NCBI GenBank assembly: GCA_946500895.1
Contig: CAMMXG010000004.1
Span: 1-59,202, forward strand
Origin: an uncultured Mycoplasma sp.
Lineage (GTDB): Bacteria > Bacillota_I > Bacilli_A > RF39 > UBA660
Length of the DNA: 59,202 nucleotides
Direction: 5' to 3'
Both the position numbers and the translations under genes were made by a program. A model generated the notes under the pieces. That model had not been told where the DNA came from. It saw only the letters and a list, made by a program, of their open reading frames with translations, and ran no database searches. Position 1 is the stretch's first letter. The number at the start of each line of letters is the position of its first letter. This document shows positions 8,308-17,883 of this stretch, piece after piece.

Positions 8308-9885
8308 TTATTTTCTCTTGCTATTTATATAATCTTCTAATTTTGATTCAGTTATTTCGTTTGTTACTCCCTCACCTGTATTTGGATACTTACTAGAATA
8401 ATAAAAGTCAAAAGCTATTAAACTTACTAGGATAATACACACGATTATCTTCAATTTTTTACTTACTTTATCTAATAGATTTCCTATAATTGGAGCAACG
8501 ATATAAGTTATTAATATTCCACCAGTTGCAAATAGCAACAATCCTTCTAGACATACCCTACCATTTATATTTAAGAAATATCCATGATAATCCCACCATG
8601 ACATACGGTGAACTAACTCTAAATATACACTGGTACCATATTCAATGATGCCACTTACAAGCATGGCTAAAACAAAATAGGCAAATGGATTTTTTCTTAC
8701 CGGTTTCAGTAAAACGAGCATTGCTACGCCACCAGCTCCCCATATTGGTAGCCAAGGCCCTTGAAGTGTTCCTCTTTTTACTATTTCACCATATTGGAAT
8801 AAATGTAGTAAAACTTCAAATATATAGCCAAATATAGCAACGATAAAGAAGATTAAAATTATGTCGGTTATAGAATATTTGCGATTATAATTAAATTTTA
8901 GCCAATGATGTTTAGATTCTTTGAGCATATATTCGTAAAGTGGATATTCCTCAAAAACAATCTCACCTTCTAAATTATTATCTTTTAATAATTCAGCATT
9001 TTGGATCCCTTTTGTTTTAGAAATATCTCTTATAAACATATAACTTTCAGCTTTTGTCGCATTTATATATGGTGTTGCAAAAACGAGATTAGAAATATTT
9101 AATGTTAGTACACCTAATAAATAGTAACCAATAAATGACAAATCCAATTTAAACATTTCCCATTTATAACCATTCATCATATCTCTGGATAATTTTAAAA
9201 CATCTTTTGTTTTCATATTGGGGTTTTCGGCTAAAATATAGGGAACTAAATAATATGAATAATATTTTATAAATCCACCTATTATGGTAAATCCCCAAAG
9301 AATTGTATATAAATTTTTTAAAAACATCGTGTATGCTACGTGAGTTGTTTTACCTAGTCTATATGGTAAAACTAATTTATTAGCTTTTGTTTTCGTAAAT
9401 CGTCTATTTTCTAAGAAAAATCTGGCATTTCCTACTTCTATTACTTTACTTACAAATATCCAATAAAGCAAAGCTATTAGGGCACCTATAATAATGATTA
9501 CACTGGCCCAAATACGGTCTTTAAATAATGCTTGATTAATAGCATTCAAAATACCAAATAAGAAACTTCCTGATTTTGATACATTATTTACTAAAGATCC
9601 TAAAACGCCACGAGTAGCGTTTTGAAAAAACTCTGGTTCTTCTTTTTGTTCTCCATTTAAACCATTTAAAAATTCATTTACAATATCTGAATTGGTATCG
9701 GCATCAATGTTGTTGATATCGATATTTTTTATATTATCACGATAGTCAAAGTCTAATTCTTTATTTAAAGTTATTACTGTTCCTCCGACTAAAATCGTGT
9801 AGATAAAACAAATAATGATACAAGATTTCCAATTTCGATAAAAAGCACTTTTTCCTTGCCTTTTTAAAGATTTCCTGCTAAACAT
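8308..9885 (-). CDS. polytopic membrane protein (DUF975-like N-terminal half; C-terminal multi-TM domain)
   Basis: MFSRKSLKRQGKSAFYRNWKS... is typical of DUF975-type proteins as I recall, with many TM segments. Start uncertain (9885 or 9918). Terminator hairpin AGCAAGAG/CTCTTGCT at 8299-8322. Confidence 0.5.
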   Translation of the reverse strand: MFSRKSLKRQGKSAFYRNWKSCIIICFIYTILVGGTVITLNKELDFDYRDNIKNIDINNIDADTNSDIVNEFLNGLNGEQKEEPEFFQNATRGVLGSLVNNVSKSGSFLFGILNAINQALFKDRIWASVIIIIGALIALLYWIFVSKVIEVGNARFFLENRRFTKTKANKLVLPYRLGKTTHVAYTMFLKNLYTILWGFTIIGGFIKYYSYYLVPYILAENPNMKTKDVLKLSRDMMNGYKWEMFKLDLSFIGYYLLGVLTLNISNLVFATPYINATKAESYMFIRDISKTKGIQNAELLKDNNLEGEIVFEEYPLYEYMLKESKHHWLKFNYNRKYSITDIILIFFIVAIFGYIFEVLLHLFQYGEIVKRGTLQGPWLPIWGAGGVAMLVLLKPVRKNPFAYFVLAMLVSGIIEYGTSVYLELVHRMSWWDYHGYFLNINGRVCLEGLLLFATGGILITYIVAPIIGNLLDKVSKKLKIIVCIILVSLIAFDFYYSSKYPNTGEGVTNEITESKLEDYINSKRK

Positions 9886-9969
9886 ACTACTACCCCAATC
9901 ACAAAATAATTTTATCATATATTTTTATATTCTTCAATTATTCTAATCTATTGATATATTACAATTTTG

Positions 9970-10830
9970 TTATTTTGCAGTAATGTCACCACTTGTGGTA
10001 GTGATTGTTAAAATAGGATTAGTATTTGAATTATTAATATCTATATCACCACTATTTGTTTTGGCATCAATAAATACTTTATTACCTAAATTAATATCAA
10101 TATTTCCACTTCTTGCTTCTAAAGTGGAATCTTCTTTGATTGCTAATTTATTAATTTCAATATCGCCACTTGTTGTACTTCCATTTATTTTATTTGTAAT
10201 TTCATCAATTTCAACATTTCCACTAGTTGCACTTAAAGTGATATTATTTACTTTACCAACTATAATATCACCACTCGTAGAATTTACATTTAATTCTTGG
10301 GCATTGTCTATCTTTATATTACCACTTGTTGAATTTACTTCACCATTTTCTAACCCTTTTAAAGTGATATCTCCACTTGTTGTTTTGATATTTCCACTTG
10401 TTAATACATCCTCTGCTTCTAATGACCCAGATGAAGACGTATGATCATATTCTATGTTGTAATCAGCTGGCACATAAATTGTAATCACCTCATCATATAA
10501 ACATAAACCGATACAAATAATAGATTCTTCTTGGTTTATTTCTAAATTGTTTTCTGTTTGCTCCACTTTTATCTTATCTTTATTTTTACTACTTCCCGTA
10601 ATTTCTACTTCTATACTATCTTCTTTTGTTTCTTTTATCTTTACATCATAACTTTTTACATTTACAGAAATGCTCGTAATATCATTAAATTCTTCATTAT
10701 ATAAAGTAGTTGTTTTTTCTAGAAAAGAAAAATTTCCACCTCTTACTACTCCAAATACAATAACAGCAATTAAAGCAATAATTATGATAATTAATATGAT
10801 GATGCTTATCATTATTTTTTTATTTTTCAT
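9970..10830 (-). CDS. DUF4097-like putative adhesin/beta-helical repeat protein with N-terminal TM anchor
   Basis: Repeated (T/N)SGDI / TSGN(I/V) units about every 20 aa after an N-terminal TM segment. Overlaps the upstream HTH gene by 11 nt. Confidence 0.6.
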   Translation of the reverse strand: MKNKKIMISIIILIIIIIALIAVIVFGVVRGGNFSFLEKTTTLYNEEFNDITSISVNVKSYDVKIKETKEDSIEVEITGSSKNKDKIKVEQTENNLEINQEESIICIGLCLYDEVITIYVPADYNIEYDHTSSSGSLEAEDVLTSGNIKTTSGDITLKGLENGEVNSTSGNIKIDNAQELNVNSTSGDIIVGKVNNITLSATSGNVEIDEITNKINGSTTSGDIEINKLAIKEDSTLEARSGNIDINLGNKVFIDAKTNSGDIDINNSNTNPILTITTTSGDITAK

Positions 10831-11419
10831 TTTTGTTTCCTCCTAACATTTTAATTAATTTAACAATTTGCATTACTAAAATGCCAATAATGAAGATAAT
10901 CCAAGAATACGCCCAAGCATGCCAAATAAAACTTACTAAAAAATAAATAATCGTCGTTCCTAAAAAAATAATTTTATTCATTATCTTTCCTTGTTTGTCT
11001 TCTTTCTTTTCGCTTTCTTTAGACATAAAATAATAAATTAATAATACTCCTATTAATACAAGTCCAAACATGATAATAGAACCAATGATTCCTTCATTTA
11101 CATCTAACTCTTCTAATAACATGGTTAAAATAATCATGATGCCAAAAATAATTAAACATAAAGAGAAAGTTAAAGCTTTATTTTTCTTTTTTTCTTTGCT
11201 TAATTTTCTTTCGTAAACGATGTCGCGCCCTTTTAAAAATTCATCTGTTGATATTTCAAAAAAGTTACATAAAGGAACAATTTTATCAATATCAGGATTT
11301 GATTCTCCTGTTTCCCATTTAGAAATGGTTTGTCTTGAAACATTCAAAATACTTGCTAAATCTTCTTGACTTAAATTTTTCTTTTTTCTTAAATTATAGA
11401 TTTTTTCACCTATATTCAT
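10820..11419 (-). CDS. membrane-bound XRE-family HTH regulator
   Basis: N-terminal LSQEDLASILNVSRQTISKWETGESNP followed by about 4 TM segments. Confidence 0.7.
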   Translation of the reverse strand: MNIGEKIYNLRKKKNLSQEDLASILNVSRQTISKWETGESNPDIDKIVPLCNFFEISTDEFLKGRDIVYERKLSKEKKKNKALTFSLCLIIFGIMIILTMLLEELDVNEGIIGSIIMFGLVLIGVLLIYYFMSKESEKKEDKQGKIMNKIIFLGTTIIYFLVSFIWHAWAYSWIIFIIGILVMQIVKLIKMLGGNKNEK

Positions 11420-11518
11420 TTTCTCACCTCGGTTTCCATCTTATCAAATTTAGTGGTTGCGCTCTACCAATTAGACTTGGAAATGTCGCAACTAAAGTTT
11501 ACACTTTTAAAAAAGAGG

Positions 11519-12637
11519 CTATTTTTCCTCTAGTTTCTGTGCCAAATTTAAGGCTTGCTCAATAATTTTATCCATATCATAATATTTGTATAATCCTAGG
11601 CGTCCACCAAAAAACACATTATCTTCTTTTTCAGCTAGAGCATGATATTTTTCATATAATGAATTATTTTTATCATCATTGATTGGATAATAGGCAATAG
11701 AATCTTCAGTATATGCTTTTGGATATTCTTTTGTTATAATGGTGCCTTTACAATCATTCATCTCAAAATGTTTATGTTCAATAATTCTTGTATATGGAGT
11801 TTTGCTATCAGTATAGTTGATAACAGCATTTCCTTGATAATTATCTACTTCTTCTAATATTTCCGTTTTAAATTCAAGACTACGATATTCTAATTTTCCT
11901 AACTTAAATTCAAAATATTCATCGATTCCGCCAGTATAAATTACTTTATCTGCTAGAGAATTGTAATAATCTTTTTTCTCTAAATAATCAGTATTTAATT
12001 TTACTTCGCTTTTCTTCAACATTTTTTCGATAATACTTGTGTATCCTCCGATTGGTATTCCTTGATAATAATCATTAAAATAATTATTGTTAAAAGTAAA
12101 TCTTACTGGTAATCTTCTAATAATAAAAGCTGGTAAATCAATACATTTTTTTCCCCATTGTTTTTCTGTATATCCTTTTACTAGTTTTTCATAAATAGTT
12201 TTTCCTACTAAACTAATTGCTTGTTCTTCTAAATTAGTTGGTGTTTTATCTTTAAATTCTTCTTTTTCTTCTTCAATTCGTTTTATCGCATCATTTGGTG
12301 TTATCACATCACTCCAAAGTTTCGTAAAAGTATTCATATTAAATGGTAAATTATAAAGTTCACCATTAAAGTTAGCAATTGGCGAATTAATAAAATTGTT
12401 GAATTTAGCAAACTGATTGATAAATTTCCATATATCTTCATTTGAAGTATGGAATATATGAGCGCCATACTTATGAACATTAATACCATTTATGTTTTCC
12501 GTATATATATTACCACCAATGTGATTTCTTTTTTCTAAAACTAACACTCTTTTATTTTTCTTGGTTAGTTCATAAGCAAGTACTGAACCATACAAACCAG
12601 AGCCAACAATTAAATAATCATATTTTTTATTCATCAT
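11519..12637 (-). CDS. glf: UDP-galactopyranose mutase
   Basis: N-terminal FAD fold YDYLIVGSGLYGSV, plus GGNIYT, VHKYGAHIFHT and FFGGRLGLYKYYDMD. Start approximate. Confidence 0.9.
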   Translation of the reverse strand: MMNKKYDYLIVGSGLYGSVLAYELTKKNKRVLVLEKRNHIGGNIYTENINGINVHKYGAHIFHTSNEDIWKFINQFAKFNNFINSPIANFNGELYNLPFNMNTFTKLWSDVITPNDAIKRIEEEKEEFKDKTPTNLEEQAISLVGKTIYEKLVKGYTEKQWGKKCIDLPAFIIRRLPVRFTFNNNYFNDYYQGIPIGGYTSIIEKMLKKSEVKLNTDYLEKKDYYNSLADKVIYTGGIDEYFEFKLGKLEYRSLEFKTEILEEVDNYQGNAVINYTDSKTPYTRIIEHKHFEMNDCKGTIITKEYPKAYTEDSIAYYPINDDKNNSLYEKYHALAEKEDNVFFGGRLGLYKYYDMDKIIEQALNLAQKLEEK

Positions 12638-12712
12638 AACCACCTTAACATTATTTTAACATATTTTAATAAAAGAAAAAACAACTTTAAAGAGTTGCTT
12701 CAAATCACTATT

Positions 12713-12799
12713 TGGTGCAGGAAAAGAGATTTGAACTCTCACGAATGAAAATTCACTACCCCCTCAAAGTAGCGCGTCTACCTATTCCGCCATTCCTGC
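12713..12799 (-). tRNA. tRNA-Leu (anticodon GAG), type II with long variable arm, CCA encoded
   Basis: Acceptor GCAGGAA/TTCCTGC, anticodon loop TTGAGGG, T-loop GTTCAAATC. Confidence 0.85.
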
Positions 12800-12847
12800 A
12801 TATCCCTATTATAAAGCAAAATTAGAAAAAAGGAAAGCCTTTTTTAT

Positions 12848-12996
12848 CGGCACTTTTAGGCATTTTTTAGGGCACTCGTCTAATTTTTAACTATTTAACA
12901 TTACCTTTTCTCAATTCAAAAAGGTGTTACAAAGTATCACAATTTAACATCGTATGGCACCTAATTCGGCACTTTTTTCGGCACCAATTTCGGCAC
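12848..12996. repeat. two clusters of (C)GGCAC iterons flanking an AT-rich spacer (candidate replication origin)
   Basis: CGGCAC at 12848, GGCA at 12859, GGGCAC at 12870 (about 11-bp phase). GGCAC at 12956 and CGGCAC at 12967, 12979, 12991 (12-bp phase). Confidence 0.6.
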
Positions 12997-13104
12997 TCGG
13001 TAAAACACTTCAAATTGTCTATAAAAATCAAGTAAAATATGAGCAAATACAGAGCGAGGAATTTCGTGTTGGAACAAACCAAAATTAAAGATAAGGAGTA
13101 AAAA

Positions 13105-13335
13105 ATGAGAGAAGAATTTAAAAACATGAGGTTTAATATCACAGAGGATATGTATAATACTATGCTTGAAATGTTAGTCATACATCAAATGCTAGAAGAT
13201 TTTAACCCAACTAAAAAAGAAAAGAGAATGCTTAATAAAAAGTTGAAAAACTTGCAATATCATTTTACGTATGAGCTACAACTTCATAACCCCATGCAAA
13301 TACACATTTATAATAAATTTATGAAAGACGAATAG
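13105..13335 (+). CDS. hypothetical small protein
   Basis: AAGGAG lies 6 nt before the ATG. Terminator GATAGG/CCTATC+T5 at 13335-13359. Confidence 0.5.
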   Translation: MREEFKNMRFNITEDMYNTMLEMLVIHQMLEDFNPTKKEKRMLNKKLKNLQYHFTYELQLHNPMQIHIYNKFMKDE

Positions 13336-13389
13336 ATAGGCATGACAACCTATCTTTTTATCTGCTCTAGTACTATATATATGGGGCGA

Positions 13390-13923
13390 TTATTCTTCCC
13401 AAACATTAAATATCGAATCTTCAAATCTTTCATATAATGTTCGGGTTATTTCTGTACCTTTTGCAAATATAAAAGGGTTTATTAAAATACGATAATTGTA
13501 TCCCTCTTTTTCTAATTGTATAATTTCTTTTTCAACTAAGCCATCTATGGCTCTATCAAACGTTTTATCGTTCATTGAGACTATTTCTCGTAAGTCTTTT
13601 TTATATAAATAACCTGCAAACATATTGCATTGGATTTTAATTAAATAACCACTATATTCGCCAAAGCCAATATGGCTTAGCATAGCGAATATAATTTGGG
13701 TTTCGCTACCTGTAAAATGTAACATTGATAATATATCAGTCATTTTACAAAATAACTTAGTAAATGTTATTCTGGGGTTTAGCTTTATATATTGTTTGTT
13801 ATGTTCTATTTGTGCGGCACGTCTAATACGCACCTCGTCGCCTGCATTAATTTCTTTGCATACGTTGAAATCTTTATCAACAATATAACCCTCGTGAGGC
13901 ATTTGTCTTGGTAGTGGTAACAT
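13390..13923 (-). CDS. RepL-like (Firmicute plasmid replication protein family) winged-helix protein
   Basis: 177 aa. The pattern FTKLF..M.DILSML...GSETQIIFAML ... KTFDRAIDGLVEKEIIQ ... ILINPFIFAKG parallels pSN2/pE194-type RepL as I recall it. Confidence 0.45.
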   Translation of the reverse strand: MLPLPRQMPHEGYIVDKDFNVCKEINAGDEVRIRRAAQIEHNKQYIKLNPRITFTKLFCKMTDILSMLHFTGSETQIIFAMLSHIGFGEYSGYLIKIQCNMFAGYLYKKDLREIVSMNDKTFDRAIDGLVEKEIIQLEKEGYNYRILINPFIFAKGTEITRTLYERFEDSIFNVWEE

Positions 13924-14074
13924 ACATCATCAACTCCTTTCTAAAAAAATGTCACACACCTGTAAATAATTCGGACAAAAATGGCTGTTAAAAATAAGCC
14001 ATTTTTTCTTTTAAATAAAGGGGAAACTTACAAAAAAAAGATTTTATCTATCTAATATCTTATTTCAACACTCG

Positions 14075-14422
14075 CTAACACCTCCCGCTAGAGCAGTAAT
14101 CTCTACTAGCATTATACATACAAGTAGGACAATTTCTCTCAAAGCCTTGGTATTCAAGAGCCTTTGTAAATTGACTACCAAACACACCTGAACCAAAACG
14201 TATCTTTGCTATCTCTTCTCTTATGACTTCTCTAACTATCTTTTCTACAAGTTGTTCGAGTTCACTTTTCTCGAACGGCTTGTTTCTTTTGGTATCTTTT
14301 TCTTTCATAGCCTTAACATTGACTTCGTTTATCATTTCAGCAATGTCGTATTCAAGCACTTCGCCAAAGCCTTTCCTAATACTCTCTAAGTCAAACAAGT
14401 CTTTAAACTCGTATTGTCTCAT
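14075..14422 (-). CDS. hypothetical protein with Cys-rich C-terminus
   Basis: Start moved to the ATG at 14422 (GGAGG 8 nt upstream). C-terminal CPTCMYNASRDYCSSGRC. Confidence 0.5.
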   Translation of the reverse strand: MRQYEFKDLFDLESIRKGFGEVLEYDIAEMINEVNVKAMKEKDTKRNKPFEKSELEQLVEKIVREVIREEIAKIRFGSGVFGSQFTKALEYQGFERNCPTCMYNASRDYCSSGRC

Positions 14423-14489
14423 GAATATCGCCTCCATTGATTTTTTTTTACAATTACATTTTAAACGTTTTTGGTACGTTCTGTTATCT

Positions 14490-14654
14490 CTAAACAATTC
14501 TTTTTTTCAAAAATTCTTTGAAATCTTCGTCTTTAACTAAGTACCTACCGCTCAAACGTATAGCAGGAAGATGTCTATCACGAATTAGCTTTTGGATAGT
14601 CTTAACGTTAATTCCCGTCATGCAACTTATTTCCTTAGTGGAATAAAATTTCAT
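14490..14654 (-). CDS. excisionase/MerR-like HTH_17 family DNA-binding protein (54 aa, absent from ORF track)
   Basis: MKFYSTKEISCMTGINVKTIQKLIRDRHLPAIRLSGRYLVKDEDFKEFLKKRIV. GGAGG lies 9 nt upstream. Confidence 0.65.
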   Translation of the reverse strand: MKFYSTKEISCMTGINVKTIQKLIRDRHLPAIRLSGRYLVKDEDFKEFLKKRIV

Positions 14655-14925
14655 GTACTCACACCTCCTAGGACTTATATTCCTTTGCCCTTACTTGTTA
14701 GGAGTGAAAAGGCGGCTGCACTCCACTAAAAGAACCGCAAAAAAACAAGCCTGTTAAATAAGCCTGTTTTAGCCTTTTAGAGAGACAAATATCCGAGAGC
14801 ATATAATCAATGTTATGGAAAGAAAAATGCACCCACGTATGACTACTCAAAGAATAATCAGTACAATGGGGGCATAGTTTTGTGGTTTTTCTCTTGACTT
14901 TCTTGAAAAAGGTGCGGTTGTTCCT

Positions 14926-15678
14926 TTACTCACTTTGTGTTTTCAATTTGCACATAGTAAATAGATACAATAATATTGGAATAATAATTCCACACGATAC
15001 TCCAATATCCATACTCCTTGATAGCCCATAATTTCCAAGTGCTAATATAGTTATCATCGAGCAAATAATTAGTACATATGCAAATTTGCTTTTATAACCA
15101 AGTTTGTTTAATATGTTAATGCCTATATAAGGAAGTATATATAGTATAATTGATATTACACAATCCCTAAGAAAATCATTAAAATTCTCATTGTTTCTAA
15201 AATCGAAACAAAGATAAATGGTAAACATTACAATAGCGGCAGATAATATAATAATAGCTATATCATATTTATTTATTGCTTTGGTTGGTGGATTATATAA
15301 AATCATTTCTGAAAGAATAAAGAATAAACATATCATAACTTCTAAGTCCCCATAGCCAAATAATATATCATAAACACCATATAATGCTATGCCTATTATA
15401 AGAATTAAAAATATAAAAAAGGAATATTCTCTTTTTAATTTTAATTGCAAATATAATAAAATAGCAGTAACACAAGTAATAATTTTCATCAATATTGATA
15501 ATGAACTTAACAACGTAGCTACACAAACTAAAATGATTAGCCCTATTAAAATATAATCGAATATTCCCATATTTATTGTACTCTCATTTGTTGTTTGAAG
15601 TTCGATACCGCAATGAGGACATTCTGTTGCAGTATCACTTACTTTTTTACCACATTCTTTACATTTAATTAATGCCAT
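14926..15678 (-). CDS. zinc-ribbon domain protein with polytopic membrane domain
   Basis: MALIKCKECGKKVSDTATECPHCG followed by about 7 TM segments. Start ATG 15678 (or GTG 15687, overlapping the upstream stop). Confidence 0.6.
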   Translation of the reverse strand: MALIKCKECGKKVSDTATECPHCGIELQTTNESTINMGIFDYILIGLIILVCVATLLSSLSILMKIITCVTAILLYLQLKLKREYSFFIFLILIIGIALYGVYDILFGYGDLEVMICLFFILSEMILYNPPTKAINKYDIAIIILSAAIVMFTIYLCFDFRNNENFNDFLRDCVISIILYILPYIGINILNKLGYKSKFAYVLIICSMITILALGNYGLSRSMDIGVSCGIIIPILLYLFTMCKLKTQSE

Positions 15679-15683
15679 ATCTA

Positions 15684-16208
15684 TCACTCTTTCTCATACA
15701 TATCTCCATCACTTTCTCTTAGGCTATTTCCAACTATTGTAAATCTTTTCAAAACTTCGCCATCCGAGTAAACCCTTAAAGTATTTCCGCTTCTTTCATA
15801 AGTACAATCAAAAGTTATCGCACCTGTATAATAAGAACAAGTCTTATCTTTATACAATGTTATACTACTTCTGAAAGTATATCCATATCTCGTACTTTCA
15901 TGAACGTAAGTTCCCTCAAGTGAAGATGTGCTAAATATAAAGATAATCGCTACCACAAGTATTATTGCAACAATACCAATAATTATCTTTTTCTTTTTAT
16001 CAAGATGGTTAATAATATTTTTTCCCTTTATTTTTTCTTTCAAAAGATTATAACCACATTCAGGACAAACTTTGCTATCAGCTTTGACTTTTTCTCCACA
16101 TTCAGGGCATTCTGTTTTTAATTCTTCGTTTGGTGCTTTACATTTGGGACAGGCCTTTGCTTTATCGCTTATATCTGCGCCACATTCACTGCATTTAATT
16201 AATGCCAT
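15684..16208 (-). CDS. double zinc-ribbon, single-pass membrane protein
   Basis: MALIKCSECG...CPKC then CPECG...CPECG, one TM segment, and an approximately 80-aa extracytoplasmic domain. Confidence 0.6.
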   Translation of the reverse strand: MALIKCSECGADISDKAKACPKCKAPNEELKTECPECGEKVKADSKVCPECGYNLLKEKIKGKNIINHLDKKKKIIIGIVAIILVVAIIFIFSTSSLEGTYVHESTRYGYTFRSSITLYKDKTCSYYTGAITFDCTYERSGNTLRVYSDGEVLKRFTIVGNSLRESDGDMYEKE

Positions 16209-16268
16209 TTTTACCAACTCGCTTTCTTTGTATTATATAAACTTTTATAATTTCTTTCTCTGTTTTGT

Positions 16269-16688
16269 TTATATCTTTTTACATACCACAGTATCAGAAT
16301 ATAGTGTTGAGCCAAATTTTCTTAGAACTATCGTAGAAAGACTATCGCTAAAATAAATCTTGTTGTTGACGAAAGAATAATCTCCGCTTTCGGAACTCCA
16401 ATCAAATAAATCTCCTAATGAATAGCTATCGCCATAATATAATCGTAAAGGAAATGTTTCTCCTACATATTCAGAGCTAACAAATTTACATTCATATTCG
16501 CCATCAACATCTCCAAAGAAGATAATGTTTATAAAAATGGCAAAAATCACTATAATCACACAAGCGATTAAACACCAAAACCACCATTTCTGATAAACTT
16601 TAGGTTTTGGTATATCAATACTTGCGCCACAATTAGGACAAATAGTAGCATTGTTTTTTACTTCTTTTCCACATTCACTACATATCAT
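16269..16688 (-). CDS. zinc-ribbon, single-pass membrane protein
   Basis: MICSECGKEVKNNATICPNCG, one TM segment, and a C-terminal domain of similar size to the neighbour's. Confidence 0.6.
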   Translation of the reverse strand: MICSECGKEVKNNATICPNCGASIDIPKPKVYQKWWFWCLIACVIIVIFAIFINIIFFGDVDGEYECKFVSSEYVGETFPLRLYYGDSYSLGDLFDWSSESGDYSFVNNKIYFSDSLSTIVLRKFGSTLYSDTVVCKKI

Positions 16689-16890
16689 TTATATCTTCCT
16701 TTCTTTTTACTTAATGTTTTCCCACCAACTAATATCATATGAATAATTAAATGTTACGAAGTTTGTATGTATTGTTCTTTTTAATAAATTTGTTGAGCCA
16801 TATTTATTAAGAGATAACATTTAAAATTCTTGATAATTATTTTACCCAATCCCTATCTATCATTTATAAAGTTTAGAGTGTACTATGGTT

Positions 16891-17316
16891 TTATACAATA
16901 CTATTACCATGAGCATCTTTATTGATAGAGCCTGCAAGAATTAAAATAAATTCTACAAAAGCCCAAATTCCAGAAACAAGCGGTCCCAAGAAAAGCAATA
17001 TGCAACCAATTGTTCCTAATAATAATTGTGCGACAGCTTTACCTGTGTAACCTAAGTAAAAATTGTGTGCTCCAAATACTCCTAAGAAGAACGCAAGTAA
17101 TGCCGCACATACTTTGCTTTTAGCACCATTAGCAATTGCTTGATTATGATTAGTTCCAAAACTACATCCACAATTAGGACACATTATAGCCTTTGAACTT
17201 AATTCTTTTCCACAGTCAGGACATAACATTGTTTTGTTTTCTGTACCACATTTAGGGCAAAATTTTGCTTTATCACTCATCTCTGCTCCACATTCCTTAC
17301 ATTTAATTAACGCCAT
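16891..17316 (-). CDS. double zinc-ribbon + TM2-domain membrane protein
   Basis: MALIKCKECG...CPKCG, CPDCG...CPNCG, then AFFLGVFGAHNFYLGYTGKA... typical of a TM2 domain. Confidence 0.65.
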   Translation of the reverse strand: MALIKCKECGAEMSDKAKFCPKCGTENKTMLCPDCGKELSSKAIMCPNCGCSFGTNHNQAIANGAKSKVCAALLAFFLGVFGAHNFYLGYTGKAVAQLLLGTIGCILLFLGPLVSGIWAFVEFILILAGSINKDAHGNSIV

Positions 17317-17423
17317 TTTCTCAAACTCCTTTCTTGATTTATATTATAACACAAAACCCCACCTATTGGTAGGGGTATTTGTTCGTGAAAATATAAGATA
17401 ATAATTAAAAAGGCAGGTGGAAT

Positions 17424-17687
17424 ATGGAACGTTCAAAAGATGATAATAATTACGTTTATTATTGGGTAGGTAAAAATATTAGAAAGCAAAGAAAATTAAA
17501 AGGTTGGACACAAAGAGAACTTGCCGAGAAGTGTAGCTTTAGTGAAAATTTTATAGGAGATTTAGAGAATGAAACATTTAAAACTTGTTCTTTAAATACT
17601 TTATATCATATTTCTAAAGTACTTGGTGTTCCTTTAAAAGTATTCTTTGAGGAATTAGATGAAAGTGATTTTAAGAAAAAGAAATAG
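17424..17687 (+). CDS. XRE-family HTH transcriptional regulator (divergent from the zinc-ribbon cluster)
   Basis: GWTQRELAEKCSFSENFIGDLEN. Terminator GATATG/CATATC+T6 at 17687-17711. Confidence 0.75.
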   Translation: MERSKDDNNYVYYWVGKNIRKQRKLKGWTQRELAEKCSFSENFIGDLENETFKTCSLNTLYHISKVLGVPLKVFFEELDESDFKKKK

Positions 17688-17883
17688 ATATGCAAAACAC
17701 ATATCTTTTTTATATGCCCTAGTTATATCAACTTTTAGTATTTACTAAATAAAAATTCATTTTATTCTTAGTAATTCAATTGTTGTTTCATATTCCTTTA
17801 ATTTCGATTCAAAATATTATATTATGTCTTTTTTGCATATGATTCTCCTCTCTTTAAATATTAAAAAGTCAAGTTATCCTTGA

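Larger units (their letters stand above)
12800..14660 (-). mobile_element. putative degenerate integrated replicon/satellite-like islet (iterons, RepL-like, Xis-like; no integrase or relaxase seen)
   Basis: Gene content and iterons next to the 5' side of tRNA-Leu. Boundaries not defined and no flanking direct repeats found by eye. Confidence 0.35.

Noticed and set aside
12927-13181. 84-aa minus-strand ORF over the iteron region
   Set aside because: There is no RBS and the translation is low-complexity and hydrophobic. It overlaps the repeat arrays and the well-supported plus-strand ORF at 13105. Treated as non-coding origin-like DNA.
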